Shown: positions 16,687 to 26,266 of the stretch, piece by piece
How positions within the stretch are numbered: the stretch's first letter is position 1
Layout of the letters: every line of letters begins with the position of its first letter
Assembly (NCBI GenBank): GCA_022561975.1
Contig: JADFQD010000004.1
Span: 1-58,451, forward strand
Source of the DNA: Acidobacteriota bacterium
GTDB taxonomy: Bacteria; Acidobacteriota; Thermoanaerobaculia; Multivoradales; JAHEKO01
DNA length: 58,451 nt
Direction of reading: 5' to 3'
Position numbers and translations under genes: made by a program
Notes under the pieces: generated by a model
Told to the model about the DNA's origin: nothing
The model's input: the letters and a program-made list of their open reading frames with translations, nothing else
Database searches by the model: none

Positions 16687-19146
16687 GTGAGAGCCCGAAA
16701 CGGGACGTTTCGGGAGGAAACCCTGGCCCTGACAAAACCTAAGACGCCGGCCCGAAAGCTGCCACCCGGCAAGGGCTCGGAGCTTCTGGGGATTGCGGCT
16801 CTGCTGGCGGCTGTGCTGCTGCTGACCAGCTTCGTGAGTCATCGGCCGAGCGACCCGAGCATTCTTCATCAGGTTTCGGCCGAAGTCCCGATTCGAAACT
16901 GGATCGGATTGGTCGGGGCCGAGCTGTCGGCGCTCGGCTTCGGTTTTCTGGGTCTGGCGACGTTTCTCATTCCCCTGCTTCTGGCGGCCGCCGCCTATCG
17001 GCGCCTCAAGCGTCAGAACCGCCCCATGGTGTTCGGTCGTGGCCTGGGCGGCTTGTTGCTTATCGCCGCAGTGCCCGGTCTGCTGCAGCTCGCTCTCGGA
17101 ACCGTTCGCTGGCGGGGTCTCGAGATCGCGGCGGGCGGCGGCATGGGAGTGATCACCGTCAACAATCTCGAGCGTGCTCTCGGGTTCGTCGGGACGACGT
17201 TCGTTCTGCTGGCGATGGTGATGGCGGGCTCGGCACTGGCGATTCAGTCGACTCTGGGAGAATTGCTCTCGAGCTGGGCGAACAAGTTAAAATCCACGCT
17301 CGATGACTTGCGTTTCGGCTGGGTGCGACGCCGCCAACGGCGCGAGAAGGACAGATCTCGCGAGCGCGTTGTTACCAAGCACCTGAAGCGAGCCGAGGCC
17401 AAACGCTTGGCCGAGATGGAGAAGATGGCCCAGACGACCGCGAGCGGCACAGCGCCGGCGCCGGCCGCGCGATTGGACTTGCCGATGCGAGTCACCGAGA
17501 AGACGGGGCGCCAGGGCTTTTCGATTCGGAAGGTGAGCCCGGTATCGGGATCGGCTCCGGCGTCGCTGTCGCCGACGTCGCCCGAGTCCTTGAAGTCGGC
17601 GGCGAACGCGCAATCGAATATCCCGTTCCCGGAGCCGGTCGAAGAGCTGGGGGCCTTGCCGCCGATCAACCTGCTCTCGGTGGAGGAGGTCAAGGCGAAG
17701 GTCGATCCCGACGAACTGGTGCGGCTGGGTGAGCTCATCCGCGCGCGCTGCGCCGAGTTCGGAGTCGAAGGCAGCGTCGAAGCGATTACTCCGGGGCCGG
17801 TGATCACTACCTATGAGTTTCAGCCGGCGCCCGGTGTGAAGGTGAGCCAGATCGTTAATCTCCAGGACGACCTGGCCCTGGCCTTGAAGGCCGAAGCGAT
17901 TCGAATCGATCGGCTGCCTGGACGCTCGACGCTCGGCATCGAAGTGCCGAACAAAGAGCGGGCGATTCTCCGGCTCGGCCATTTTCTGAGTCAGGATGCA
18001 TTTCGTCGCGCGCCTTCCGTTCTGACCATGGCTCTGGGTACGACGATTCACGGCGAGCCCTACTACGCCGACCTCGCCACGATGCCCCATTTGCTGGTTG
18101 CCGGCGCTACCGGGTCGGGTAAAAGCGTGGGGCTTCAGACCATGATCACTTCGATCGTCTACAAGGCGCGTCATGATGAGGTGCAGTTCATCTTCATAGA
18201 TCCGAAGCGCATCGAGCTCGGCGTCTACAAGGATATTCCGCATCTCAAGACCGAGGTCGTGGTCGAGCCCAAGAAGGCCTCGAACGCTCTTCGGTGGGCG
18301 GTCGCCGAGATGGAACGCCGCTACCGCATGCTGGCGGAAGTGCACGTGCGATCGATCGCGTTTTACAACCAAGCGATCGCGGATCCTAAAGTTCGCGAGC
18401 GTCTGGCGCTCTCGGAGCGAGTGGAAGGCGAGATCGAGCGCAGCATGGAAGATCTCAAGCCGCTGCCGTACTACGTGGTCGTGATCGACGAGTTGGCGGA
18501 TCTGATGATGGTGTGTTCGGCCGAGGTCGAAGCCTCGATCGCCCGGCTCGCGCAGATGGCCCGCGCGGTGGGCATCCATCTGATTGTCTCGACGCAGCGT
18601 CCGTCCGTGGATGTTCTGACCGGAACGATCAAGGCCAACTTCCCTTGCCGCATGGCATTCGCCACGGCAACCGGGCACGATTCGCGGACCATTCTCGATC
18701 AGATCGGAGCCGAGAAGCTGTTGGGCAAGGGCGACATGTTGCTGATGCTGCCGGGGACCTCGCGGGTCATGCGTCTCCACGGCGCCTACGTATCGGAGCA
18801 GGAAACCGCGGCGCTGGTGCGCTGGCTCAAGAAGCAGGGGCCGCCGCAGCTCGATCCGGCGGTGCTCGAAGCGCCAGCGGAAGAGACCAAGAGGAGGGGC
18901 GGCGGGTCGGGAGACGATGAGCTTTTCGACGAGGCGGCGCGGCTGGTGGTCGCCGAGCGTCAGGCTTCGGCGAGTTTTCTTCAGCGCCGAATGCGGGTGG
19001 GATTCTCACGCGCCGCTCGGCTGATCGACATCATGGAGCAGGACGGCCTGCTGGGCCCGCCGCAGGGCTCGAAGCCGCGCGAGGTGCTGGTGCCGGTCGA
19101 TTACTTCGAGGAGATCGACGGCGCCAGGCGCGAGTGGGAAGCCTGA
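16687..19146 (+). CDS. ftsK: DNA translocase FtsK
   Basis: 4TM N-terminal domain, PGPVIT.YE, HLLVAGATGSGKS, DELADLM, TQRPSVDV and gamma domain LQRRMRVGFSRAARL. The true start may be the CTG at 16723 after GGAGG. Confidence 0.95.
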   Translation: MRARNGTFREETLALTKPKTPARKLPPGKGSELLGIAALLAAVLLLTSFVSHRPSDPSILHQVSAEVPIRNWIGLVGAELSALGFGFLGLATFLIPLLLAAAAYRRLKRQNRPMVFGRGLGGLLLIAAVPGLLQLALGTVRWRGLEIAAGGGMGVITVNNLERALGFVGTTFVLLAMVMAGSALAIQSTLGELLSSWANKLKSTLDDLRFGWVRRRQRREKDRSRERVVTKHLKRAEAKRLAEMEKMAQTTASGTAPAPAARLDLPMRVTEKTGRQGFSIRKVSPVSGSAPASLSPTSPESLKSAANAQSNIPFPEPVEELGALPPINLLSVEEVKAKVDPDELVRLGELIRARCAEFGVEGSVEAITPGPVITTYEFQPAPGVKVSQIVNLQDDLALALKAEAIRIDRLPGRSTLGIEVPNKERAILRLGHFLSQDAFRRAPSVLTMALGTTIHGEPYYADLATMPHLLVAGATGSGKSVGLQTMITSIVYKARHDEVQFIFIDPKRIELGVYKDIPHLKTEVVVEPKKASNALRWAVAEMERRYRMLAEVHVRSIAFYNQAIADPKVRERLALSERVEGEIERSMEDLKPLPYYVVVIDELADLMMVCSAEVEASIARLAQMARAVGIHLIVSTQRPSVDVLTGTIKANFPCRMAFATATGHDSRTILDQIGAEKLLGKGDMLLMLPGTSRVMRLHGAYVSEQETAALVRWLKKQGPPQLDPAVLEAPAEETKRRGGGSGDDELFDEAARLVVAERQASASFLQRRMRVGFSRAARLIDIMEQDGLLGPPQGSKPREVLVPVDYFEEIDGARREWEA

Positions 19147-19214
19147 GGGCGGCGACCGTCTCTCAGCCAACGAGCCGAAGAATCCGCGGTCGGGGTTCGG
19201 GATACGATTCGGCC

Positions 19215-20183
19215 ATGAGTGCCCCCGGTCCGGTCGTCTTTTTTGGTACGCCGCAGTTTGCGGTGCCTTGCTTGGAGAAATTGGCCGGTTCAGAGTTTTG
19301 TCCCGACCTCGTGGTCTCTCAGCCGTCACGGCCAGCCGGACGAGGACGTGAGATCAGGATGCCGCCGGTCGCGGAACGAGCCGGAGCGCTGAATTTGTAC
19401 TGCGAACAGGTGTCGAGCGTGCGTTCGGAGGCCTTTCTCGAGAGACTCGAAGCGTTGGAGCCGTGGATCGCGGTGGTCGTTGCCTTTGGCCAGATCTTTC
19501 CCGAGAGGCTGCTCGAGATTCCGGTCGAAGGGTGTGTCAACGTTCACGCTTCGCTGTTGCCTCGGTACCGAGGGGCGGCGCCGATTCAGGCGGCGATCGC
19601 GTCGGGAGATTCGGTGACCGGGGTCACTACCATGCGTATGGAAGCCGGGCTCGACTCCGGCCCCATTCTGCTCGAACGCGAAGTCGGAATCGGGGACCAC
19701 GACATGTCGGCGGACGTAGCCGCTGCGCTGGCTACGGCAGGTGCGGAGCTGTTGCTGGAGACGCTGCACGGGCTCGCATCCGAGGCGCTCGTGGCGCAGC
19801 CGCAGGATGAGCGCGAGGTGACCTGGGCACCTCGTCTCGAGAAGAGCGACGGTCATGTCGATTGGCGTCTGTCTGCTCGTGTGCTCTACGATCGGTATCG
19901 CGCCTATACGCCCTGGCCCGGAATGACCACTTCGTTTCGCGGGGCACCGATCAAGATTCTGGGCTGTGCGCCCGGTAAGCAAGATGAGGAGGGTGGGGAG
20001 GAGGCATCGGATGCGGAGCCCGGAACAGTTGTCGCCCGATCGTCTGGCCTTCACGTCGCCTGTGGCGATGGCCGGATTCTCGACTTGACCTCTCTACAGC
20101 GACCCGGTCGGAAGGCGTTGTCGGGCTCCGATTTCGCCAATGGGGAGCGGGTCGAGGTCGGGGACCGCTTCGGGGCGCCGTGA
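19215..20183 (+). CDS. fmt: Methionyl-tRNA formyltransferase
   Basis: FFGTPQFA, VVAFGQI, NVHASLLPRYRGAAPIQ and GLDSGP motifs. Start at ATG 19215. Confidence 0.95.
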   Translation: MSAPGPVVFFGTPQFAVPCLEKLAGSEFCPDLVVSQPSRPAGRGREIRMPPVAERAGALNLYCEQVSSVRSEAFLERLEALEPWIAVVVAFGQIFPERLLEIPVEGCVNVHASLLPRYRGAAPIQAAIASGDSVTGVTTMRMEAGLDSGPILLEREVGIGDHDMSADVAAALATAGAELLLETLHGLASEALVAQPQDEREVTWAPRLEKSDGHVDWRLSARVLYDRYRAYTPWPGMTTSFRGAPIKILGCAPGKQDEEGGEEASDAEPGTVVARSSGLHVACGDGRILDLTSLQRPGRKALSGSDFANGERVEVGDRFGAP

Positions 20184-21532
20184 GCGCCGCGAGCACCGCG
20201 AATACCGCGAGCCGGGACGGAGTCCGCACAGTCGCCGCGCGAGTGTTGGCGACCGCGCTCGAAGCCAAGTCACCGGTCGGTGCGCTTCTCGAGACGGCGC
20301 GAGTCGGTCTCTCATCGCGCGACCAGGGGCTGCTGCACGAACTGGTATTGGGGACGCTTCGTTGGCTGCGGTTTGTCGACTTCGTACTCGAAACCGCCGC
20401 GGCCAGGCCGCTTTCGAAGATCGATGCCGACCTTGTACCGACGCTCCGGGTCGCGGTCTACCAGCTGCTGTATCTGGATCGCCTTCCGTCGCACGCGGTG
20501 GTGCATGCGGCGGTGGAGGACATCAAGCGCAGAAGCCACCGGGGCGCCGCGGGCTTTGCCAACGCCATCCTGCGTAAGGTGGCGCAGCGTCGGGATCCGA
20601 CGAAACGGTCGATCGAATGGCCGATCGATACGGGAGACCCGATCGAGGACCTGGCCACGGAGACGAGTTACCCGACGTTTCTGGTGCGCCGTTGGGTGGA
20701 GCGCTTCGGGAAGGAGCGGGCGGCCTCGGCTCTCGCCGCCGGGAATCGGCGTGCTGGGTTTCAGTTGACCTGCCTCCTCGATCGCGACGAACTGGCGGCC
20801 GAACTTGCAATAGAAGGCGTCGAGACGCAGCCGGCGGAGATCTCGGCCCGGGGCCTCTACGTCCTCGCGGGTGACCCCCGCAAGACAGGGGCGTTTCGAG
20901 TGGGCAAGTTCTACATTCAGGACCAGGCCAGCCAGGCGGCCGCGTTGATCCCGATGCCGGCAGCTGGAGACCGGATCCTCGATGTCGCTGCGGCGCCGGG
21001 CGGTAAGTCTTTTTCGCTTCTGGCGGCCGAACCGGGCGTGAGTCTGGTAGCCGCCGACGTATCGTTGGCGAGAGTCCTACGCTTGCGGTCCAACCGAGAG
21101 CGGCTGCGGTGCGGCTTCGGCGTAGTGGTCTCTTCCGGGGAGCAGCCGGGTTTTGGAGGTGGATTCGACCGGGTGATCGTCGACCTGCCCTGCACCGGCA
21201 CGGGCACCTTTGCCCGGCATCCCGAACTCAAGTGGCGGATTTCTGAAGGTGAACTCTCTCGTTTGGCGGGTCGTAGCCTCGAGATGCTGATCCCGTCGGC
21301 GGACCTCGTGGCGGTCGGCGGACGCCTGTGCGCGATCACCTGTTCGCTCGAGCGCGAAGAGAACGAGGATGTTGTTGCCGAGTTTCTGGATCGCAGGCCC
21401 GATTTCGAGCTCGAAACCCTCGAACTGACTCCCGAGCACGCATCGTTCGTCGCGGGGCCGGGCCACTGGCGGGTCCTGCCGTCCGCCAAGCATGACGGCT
21501 TTACGGTACACGTGGTCAGGCGCCGACGGTAG
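20180..21532 (+). CDS. rsmB: 16S rRNA m5C967 methyltransferase (Sun/RsmB) with NusB-like N-terminal domain
   Basis: GFANAILR, IQDQASQ, DVAAAPGGK, DLPCTGTG..RHPE.KW, TCS and DGF motifs. Follows fmt. Confidence 0.92.
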   Translation: MSAASTANTASRDGVRTVAARVLATALEAKSPVGALLETARVGLSSRDQGLLHELVLGTLRWLRFVDFVLETAAARPLSKIDADLVPTLRVAVYQLLYLDRLPSHAVVHAAVEDIKRRSHRGAAGFANAILRKVAQRRDPTKRSIEWPIDTGDPIEDLATETSYPTFLVRRWVERFGKERAASALAAGNRRAGFQLTCLLDRDELAAELAIEGVETQPAEISARGLYVLAGDPRKTGAFRVGKFYIQDQASQAAALIPMPAAGDRILDVAAAPGGKSFSLLAAEPGVSLVAADVSLARVLRLRSNRERLRCGFGVVVSSGEQPGFGGGFDRVIVDLPCTGTGTFARHPELKWRISEGELSRLAGRSLEMLIPSADLVAVGGRLCAITCSLEREENEDVVAEFLDRRPDFELETLELTPEHASFVAGPGHWRVLPSAKHDGFTVHVVRRRR

Positions 21533-21554
21533 GCGCTATCAGGGGGCAGAAATA

Positions 21555-21670
21555 AGGTCGTCTTGGCCGCGGGTCGGAGATTCGTAGCGCCGAGCAAAGC
21601 GGCGCCGAAGCTCGGCACGGTTTGCTTTCGAAAGGCGCCGTCGACCGAAGACCCGCGGCCAAGACGACCT
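21555..21670. repeat. Perfect 21-bp inverted repeat enclosing a GTAG REP-like hairpin, between convergent genes
   Basis: aggtcgtcttggccgcgggtc (21555-21575) and gacccgcggccaagacgacct (21650-21670); internal gtagcgccgagc...gctcggc. Confidence 0.8.
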
Positions 21671-21706
21671 CTCGTATGTCGCGATTTCCATCGGACGTCG
21701 CGCCTG

Positions 21707-22387
21707 CTATCGGACGTCGTGATAGAAGCGCGCGAGCCGCTCCGGCGAGACACCGGCGAAGTAGAGCGCGAAGATTAACCAGTTGAACGCGATCGTCCGG
21801 GTGATGCCACGATCCTCGAAGCGCCTTGTCGAGGTGACCACCGGGGGCTCCAGAATGGTTACCTTGCCCAGGCGCTTCAAGCGGCGCATGAACTCGAGGT
21901 CTTCGAGAATCGGCCAGTCGGGAAAACCGCCGAGTTCCTCGAACGCCGTTCGGCTGACGAACTGGGCTTGATCTCCCAGCGGGGATTGGAACCAGTGGGT
22001 GCGCAGGTTGACTATGCTCGACCCGAGCCGGTAGATCGGTCGCGAAGAGGCGAAGCGAATCTGAAAGCCACCGCCGACGGAGCCGTTGGCGAGAGCGTTG
22101 GCGACCGATCGAACGGCGCCCTCCGGAAGCACCGTGTCGGCGTGGAGGAAAAGCAGACCGTCGCCGCGCGCGGCCCGGGCGCCGCGATTGAGTTGCGGCC
22201 CCCGCCCGGGGGGTCCGCTGACGACTCGTGCGCCGCAGTTCGCGGCAATCTGTCGAGTGAGATCCTCGCTTCCGCCGTCGCTGACCAGAACCTCTTCGGA
22301 GGCCGCGACGATCTCGGGGAGGTTGCTCGCCAAGGCTGACGCCTCGTTGAGCGTGGGAATCACAACGGCAATCGATTGGCGCTTCAA
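21707..22387 (-). CDS. GT2 glycosyltransferase, TIGR04283-like
   Basis: VVIPTLNE, SDGGSED, GRGPQLNRGA, LFLHADT, GDQAQF, GGFP..PILED and TSTRRF motifs. Confidence 0.85.
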   Translation of the reverse strand: MKRQSIAVVIPTLNEASALASNLPEIVAASEEVLVSDGGSEDLTRQIAANCGARVVSGPPGRGPQLNRGARAARGDGLLFLHADTVLPEGAVRSVANALANGSVGGGFQIRFASSRPIYRLGSSIVNLRTHWFQSPLGDQAQFVSRTAFEELGGFPDWPILEDLEFMRRLKRLGKVTILEPPVVTSTRRFEDRGITRTIAFNWLIFALYFAGVSPERLARFYHDVR

Positions 22388-22442
22388 GTCGGCCGAATGC
22401 TAGCAGGAGCAACTCCCTGACAATGGCAGTACGATAGCGGCG

Positions 22443-22463
22443 GGAGATCGGAGATCGGAGATC
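22443..22463 (+). repeat. Triple GGAGATC repeat at the moaC ribosome-binding site
   Basis: ggagatc x3 immediately before the ATG at 22465. Confidence 0.7.
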
Positions 22464-22464
22464 G

Positions 22465-22956
22465 ATGAGTCGCGACCACAGCTTCAGCCATTTGGATTCG
22501 GCAGGGCGCGCCACCATGGTCGATGTTTCCGAAAAGCCGGTGACCCGCCGCATCGCCGAGGCCTCGTGCAGGGTCTTGCTTCAACCTTCGACCCTCGAGC
22601 GCCTGAGCGACCTGCCCAAGGGTGACGCGCTGGCGGTGGCACGAATTGCCGGGATCCAGGCGGCCAAACGTACCGGTGAGTTGATTCCGCTGGCGCATCC
22701 GCTGACGCCGGAGGACGTTCAGGTGGAGTTCGAGCCGGGAGACGGTGAAGTGACCATTCGCAGCCGAGTCGTGGTCACGGCTCGCACCGGCGCCGAAATG
22801 GAGGCGCTCACCGCCTGTGCCCTGGCCGCGCTCACGCTCTACGACATGGTCAAGGCGGTGGACAGGGCGGCGACGGTGACGGATCTTCGGCTGGATTCGA
22901 AGTCGGGCGGGGTTTCCGGGGATTTTCGGCGGTCGGGTGACCGCTCGAGCAACTGA
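22465..22956 (+). CDS. moaC: Cyclic pyranopterin monophosphate synthase
   Basis: SHLD..GRA.MVDVSEK, KGD..AVARIAGIQAAKRT..LIPLAHP, TGAEMEAL, YDMVKAVD and KSGG motifs. Confidence 0.95.
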   Translation: MSRDHSFSHLDSAGRATMVDVSEKPVTRRIAEASCRVLLQPSTLERLSDLPKGDALAVARIAGIQAAKRTGELIPLAHPLTPEDVQVEFEPGDGEVTIRSRVVVTARTGAEMEALTACALAALTLYDMVKAVDRAATVTDLRLDSKSGGVSGDFRRSGDRSSN

Positions 22957-22958
22957 GA

Positions 22959-24173
22959 GTGCCGGATTCGGAACTGCGGACCGGCCTCGATCGGCTGCTC
23001 GAACGGACTGAACAGCTCCGCGGCCGGCGCTACGGACTGCTCAGCCACAGCGCGGCGGTGTCTCACGAACTGCTGCCGATTCACCTGGCGTTGGCCAAGA
23101 CCGGCGCCGAGGCTCCGAGGCGGCTGTTCGGACCGGAGCACGGTTTCTACAGCATTGAGCAGGACATGGTCGCCTCGGTGAACACTGTCGATCCTTTGAC
23201 CGGCGTGCCGATCGTTTCGCTTTACGGTGACTCGAAGGACTCGCTCAAACCCGAGAAGCGAGCCTTCGAGGGGCTGGATCTGGTGATCATCGATCTTCAG
23301 GACGTCGGGAGTCGTTACTACACCTATGCCGCGACCGGAGTCTGGACGGCGGAAGCCGCACTGGCGGCGGGTTGTGAAGTTTGGCTGCTGGACCGCCCGA
23401 ATCCGCTGGGTGGAGCGGTGATCGAGGGGAACCGCCGGCAGCCCGGTTTCGAGTCCTTTGTTGGCGCTTTCGAAATGCCGGTGCGCCATGGCCTGACCAT
23501 GGCCGAGTTGGTCTTGATGGCTCTGGAGAGAGCAACTGGGGACGAAGCCCTGCGGGTTTGGTCGCTCGAAGGGTGGAGCCGCTCGGACGACTGGGAGGCC
23601 ACCGGCAGGACCTGGGTAGCGCCCTCGCCGAACATCCCCACGCCGCAAACAGCTCGGGTCTATCCGGGTAGTTGTCTGCTCGAAGCGACCGAGTTTTCCG
23701 AAGGCCGCGGCACGACGAGTCCGTTCGAGCTCATCGGGGCTCCGGGTCTCGACGCCGTGGCTCTGGCCGACGAGCTCAACGCCCGCAATCTCGCGGGAGC
23801 CCGTTTTTCGCCGGCGCTCTTCAAGCCGCAGTATCAGAAACATTCGGGCCGAGCCTGTGCCGGCGTGCGCTGGTTTGTCGAGGACTTCTCGCGGCTGCAG
23901 CCCTATCGCTGTGGCGTCGAGATTCTTCGTGTGCTCCACCGGACGGCGGCAGGCGTTTTTTCCTGGCGCCGACGGCCGTACGAGTTCGAGAGCGATCGGC
24001 CCGCCATCGACCTGCTGACCGGTGACTCCAAGCTGCGCGAGGCGCTCGAGGGGGATGACGACATCGAGGAGTGGATCGCCGGCTGGTCCGACGACGAAGC
24101 CGACTTTCGCGAGGCGCGTCGACCATTCTTGCTGTACCCCGGAGCCGAAGCCGAAAGTAGGGGCCGGGAATAG
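22959..24173 (+). CDS. DUF1343 / NamZ-family exo-beta-N-acetylmuramidase
   Basis: FGPEHG, SLYG, DLQDVGSRYYTY, LDRPNP, RHGLT, PSPNIP and SEGRGT..PFE motifs. Confidence 0.9.
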   Translation: MPDSELRTGLDRLLERTEQLRGRRYGLLSHSAAVSHELLPIHLALAKTGAEAPRRLFGPEHGFYSIEQDMVASVNTVDPLTGVPIVSLYGDSKDSLKPEKRAFEGLDLVIIDLQDVGSRYYTYAATGVWTAEAALAAGCEVWLLDRPNPLGGAVIEGNRRQPGFESFVGAFEMPVRHGLTMAELVLMALERATGDEALRVWSLEGWSRSDDWEATGRTWVAPSPNIPTPQTARVYPGSCLLEATEFSEGRGTTSPFELIGAPGLDAVALADELNARNLAGARFSPALFKPQYQKHSGRACAGVRWFVEDFSRLQPYRCGVEILRVLHRTAAGVFSWRRRPYEFESDRPAIDLLTGDSKLREALEGDDDIEEWIAGWSDDEADFREARRPFLLYPGAEAESRGRE

Positions 24174-24198
24174 AGGCCGAGGGGAGAGAATAAACCGG

Positions 24199-24615
24199 AT
24201 GAAGCATATTCACGTTCTCAGGACCACTTGCGCCGCTGCGGATTTTCGGCCCCTTTTTGCGGCGCTGGCGGCTCTAGGCCTGCGGGTCGGATGGTTGGAT
24301 ATGGAGAGCACGGCCGGCGCTCCTGCCGAGTTGGAGCAGGCGGCCGCGCAGGGAGCGTTTCGATCCGTTGGCGTGACCGCGGATCGGGTGCTCACGGTCA
24401 AGCCCGTGCATGGAGCGACTGTGTTGAAGGATCTGCTCCGGGAGTATTTCGCGGGTTGCCGGCTGGTGGTGATTCGAGGAGGTCTCGACGCGCCCGAACT
24501 CCTGGTTGCCCCGGAGGGCTACAGGGTGCGCTTCGAGGACGGAACCGAGAAAGACTTCTCGTCCGAGGCGCTGGCAAAAGCGTTGCGCAAACCCCTCCTG
24601 CGGAGGGCAAGATAG
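24199..24615 (+). CDS. Hypothetical protein resembling MobB but lacking the Walker A motif
   Basis: Segments LFAALAALGLRVG, AAAQGA..SVGV and LKDLLREYFAGCRLVVIRG parallel the MobB pattern by eye. Near moaC. Confidence 0.55.
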   Translation: MKHIHVLRTTCAAADFRPLFAALAALGLRVGWLDMESTAGAPAELEQAAAQGAFRSVGVTADRVLTVKPVHGATVLKDLLREYFAGCRLVVIRGGLDAPELLVAPEGYRVRFEDGTEKDFSSEALAKALRKPLLRRAR

Positions 24616-24642
24616 CCAAGAATGGAAACGGGCAAGATAGCC
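24605..24642 (+). repeat. 13-bp direct repeat GGGCAAGATAGCC (25-bp period) upstream of serA
   Basis: Copies at 24605-24617 and 24630-24642; a partial AAGATA follows near 24659. Confidence 0.6.
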
Positions 24643-24673
24643 CAAGCGAGCAGCGGAAAAGATAAACTACTCA

Positions 24674-26266
24674 ATGCACAGAATTCTTCTTTGCGATCCT
24701 CTCGACGAATCCGGTCTCGAGATTTTTCGTGACGCCGGTGTCGAGCTTCGTCAACTCGGTGATGGCGATAGCGAGCGCGAGCAGTTGCCTGAGATCGTCG
24801 CGGACTTCGACGCCATTGTGGTCCGCAGCCGCACCCAGGTGACCGCCGATCTGCTTCGCCGCGGTCGGAACCTGAAAGTCGTGGGCCGAGCCGGAATCGG
24901 CGTAGACAACGTCGACATCCCCGCAGCCACGGATTTGGGCATCCTGGTGGTCAACGCGCCGACGGCGAATCTGATCTCGGCAACCGAACACACCTTCGCG
25001 CTGTTGCTGGCCCTCGCTCGCAACGTGCCGGCCGCGGAGCGCTCGCTGCGTGCGGGCGAGTGGGACCGCAAGAGATTTATCGGGCTCGAGCTGGACGGCA
25101 AGACTCTGGGCGTCGTCGGCCTTGGCCGGATCGGTCAGGCCGTCGCCCACCGGGCTCGTGCCTTTGGCATGAAGGTTGTGGCCTACGATCCCTATTTGGA
25201 TCCGCTGGTAGCCAAGCGCCTGGAGATCGAGATGGCACCCTTGGAAGCCGTGCTGGCGGTTGCCGACGTGGTCACGCTGCATCTGCCGCTCACCGACGAG
25301 ACCCGCCATCTGATTTCGGCGGAGCGCATTGCTCGGATGAAGCCAGGCTCCATGCTGGTCAACTGCGCTCGTGGCGGAATCGTCGACGACAGGGCGTTGC
25401 TCGAAGCGCTCGAGTCCGAGCACCTGGCGGGGGCGGCGCTGGACGTTTTCGAGGTCGAGCCACCCGTGGACCGGAGACTGATTGACCACCCCCGCGTTGT
25501 GAGCACTCCCCACATCGGGGCCCAGACTCGCGAGGCGCAAGAGCGGGTCGCGACGCAGACGGCGCGCATGGTGCTGGCGGCTCTCGACGGCTCTCTGGCC
25601 GTTACCGCGGTCAACCTTCCTTTTCGAGCTGCCGGGCCGGGCGGCGAACCCTACCTGCGGTTGAGCGAGCAACTTGGGCGCCTGGCGAGTTCGCTCCTGG
25701 GTGGGAGTTTGAAGAAACTGCAGGTAGACCTTTGGGGCGTCGACGAAGAGCTCCATGGTGCGGTCTCGATTGCGGCGGTCCGCGGCGTACTGCGCCCGTT
25801 CCTGGGCGAGGCGGTCAACTTCGTCAATGCCGAGAAGCTGGCGGAGGACCGCGGGGTCGAGGTGGTGCGGGCGACTCATCGGCAAGCCGCCGAGTACTCG
25901 TCTCTGATCGGAGTCACCGTGACCGGAGCGCGAGGAACCGTCGAGCTGGCGGGCACCGTCTTCGGAGAGTCCGACCTGCGAGTTGTGCGCTACGACGACT
26001 ACCGGCTCGAGTTTCGGCCCGAGGGCAGGCTGCTGGTACTCAGCAACCGCGATGTCCCCGGTGTTGTCGGTAAGCTGGGTTCGCTTCTTGGCGAGGCCGG
26101 AGTGAATATCGCCGATATCCACCTGGCTCGCGGCAGCGCGAACCGTGAGGGCGAAGTCGACGCTGTGGCGGTTCTGCGTTTGGATCAACGCCCGGCGGAG
26201 GCGGTGCTCGATAGGCTGCGTGCCCTGCCCGAGGTGAGCAAGGCCCAGCTGGTGGATCTGGAATGA
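24674..26266 (+). CDS. serA: D-3-phosphoglycerate dehydrogenase (type I, with ASB and ACT domains)
   Basis: VRSRTQV, GRAGIGVDNVD, GLGRIG, NCARGG, TPHIGAQT.EAQ and C-terminal NRDVPGVVG ACT domain. Confidence 0.95.
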   Translation: MHRILLCDPLDESGLEIFRDAGVELRQLGDGDSEREQLPEIVADFDAIVVRSRTQVTADLLRRGRNLKVVGRAGIGVDNVDIPAATDLGILVVNAPTANLISATEHTFALLLALARNVPAAERSLRAGEWDRKRFIGLELDGKTLGVVGLGRIGQAVAHRARAFGMKVVAYDPYLDPLVAKRLEIEMAPLEAVLAVADVVTLHLPLTDETRHLISAERIARMKPGSMLVNCARGGIVDDRALLEALESEHLAGAALDVFEVEPPVDRRLIDHPRVVSTPHIGAQTREAQERVATQTARMVLAALDGSLAVTAVNLPFRAAGPGGEPYLRLSEQLGRLASSLLGGSLKKLQVDLWGVDEELHGAVSIAAVRGVLRPFLGEAVNFVNAEKLAEDRGVEVVRATHRQAAEYSSLIGVTVTGARGTVELAGTVFGESDLRVVRYDDYRLEFRPEGRLLVLSNRDVPGVVGKLGSLLGEAGVNIADIHLARGSANREGEVDAVAVLRLDQRPAEAVLDRLRALPEVSKAQLVDLE

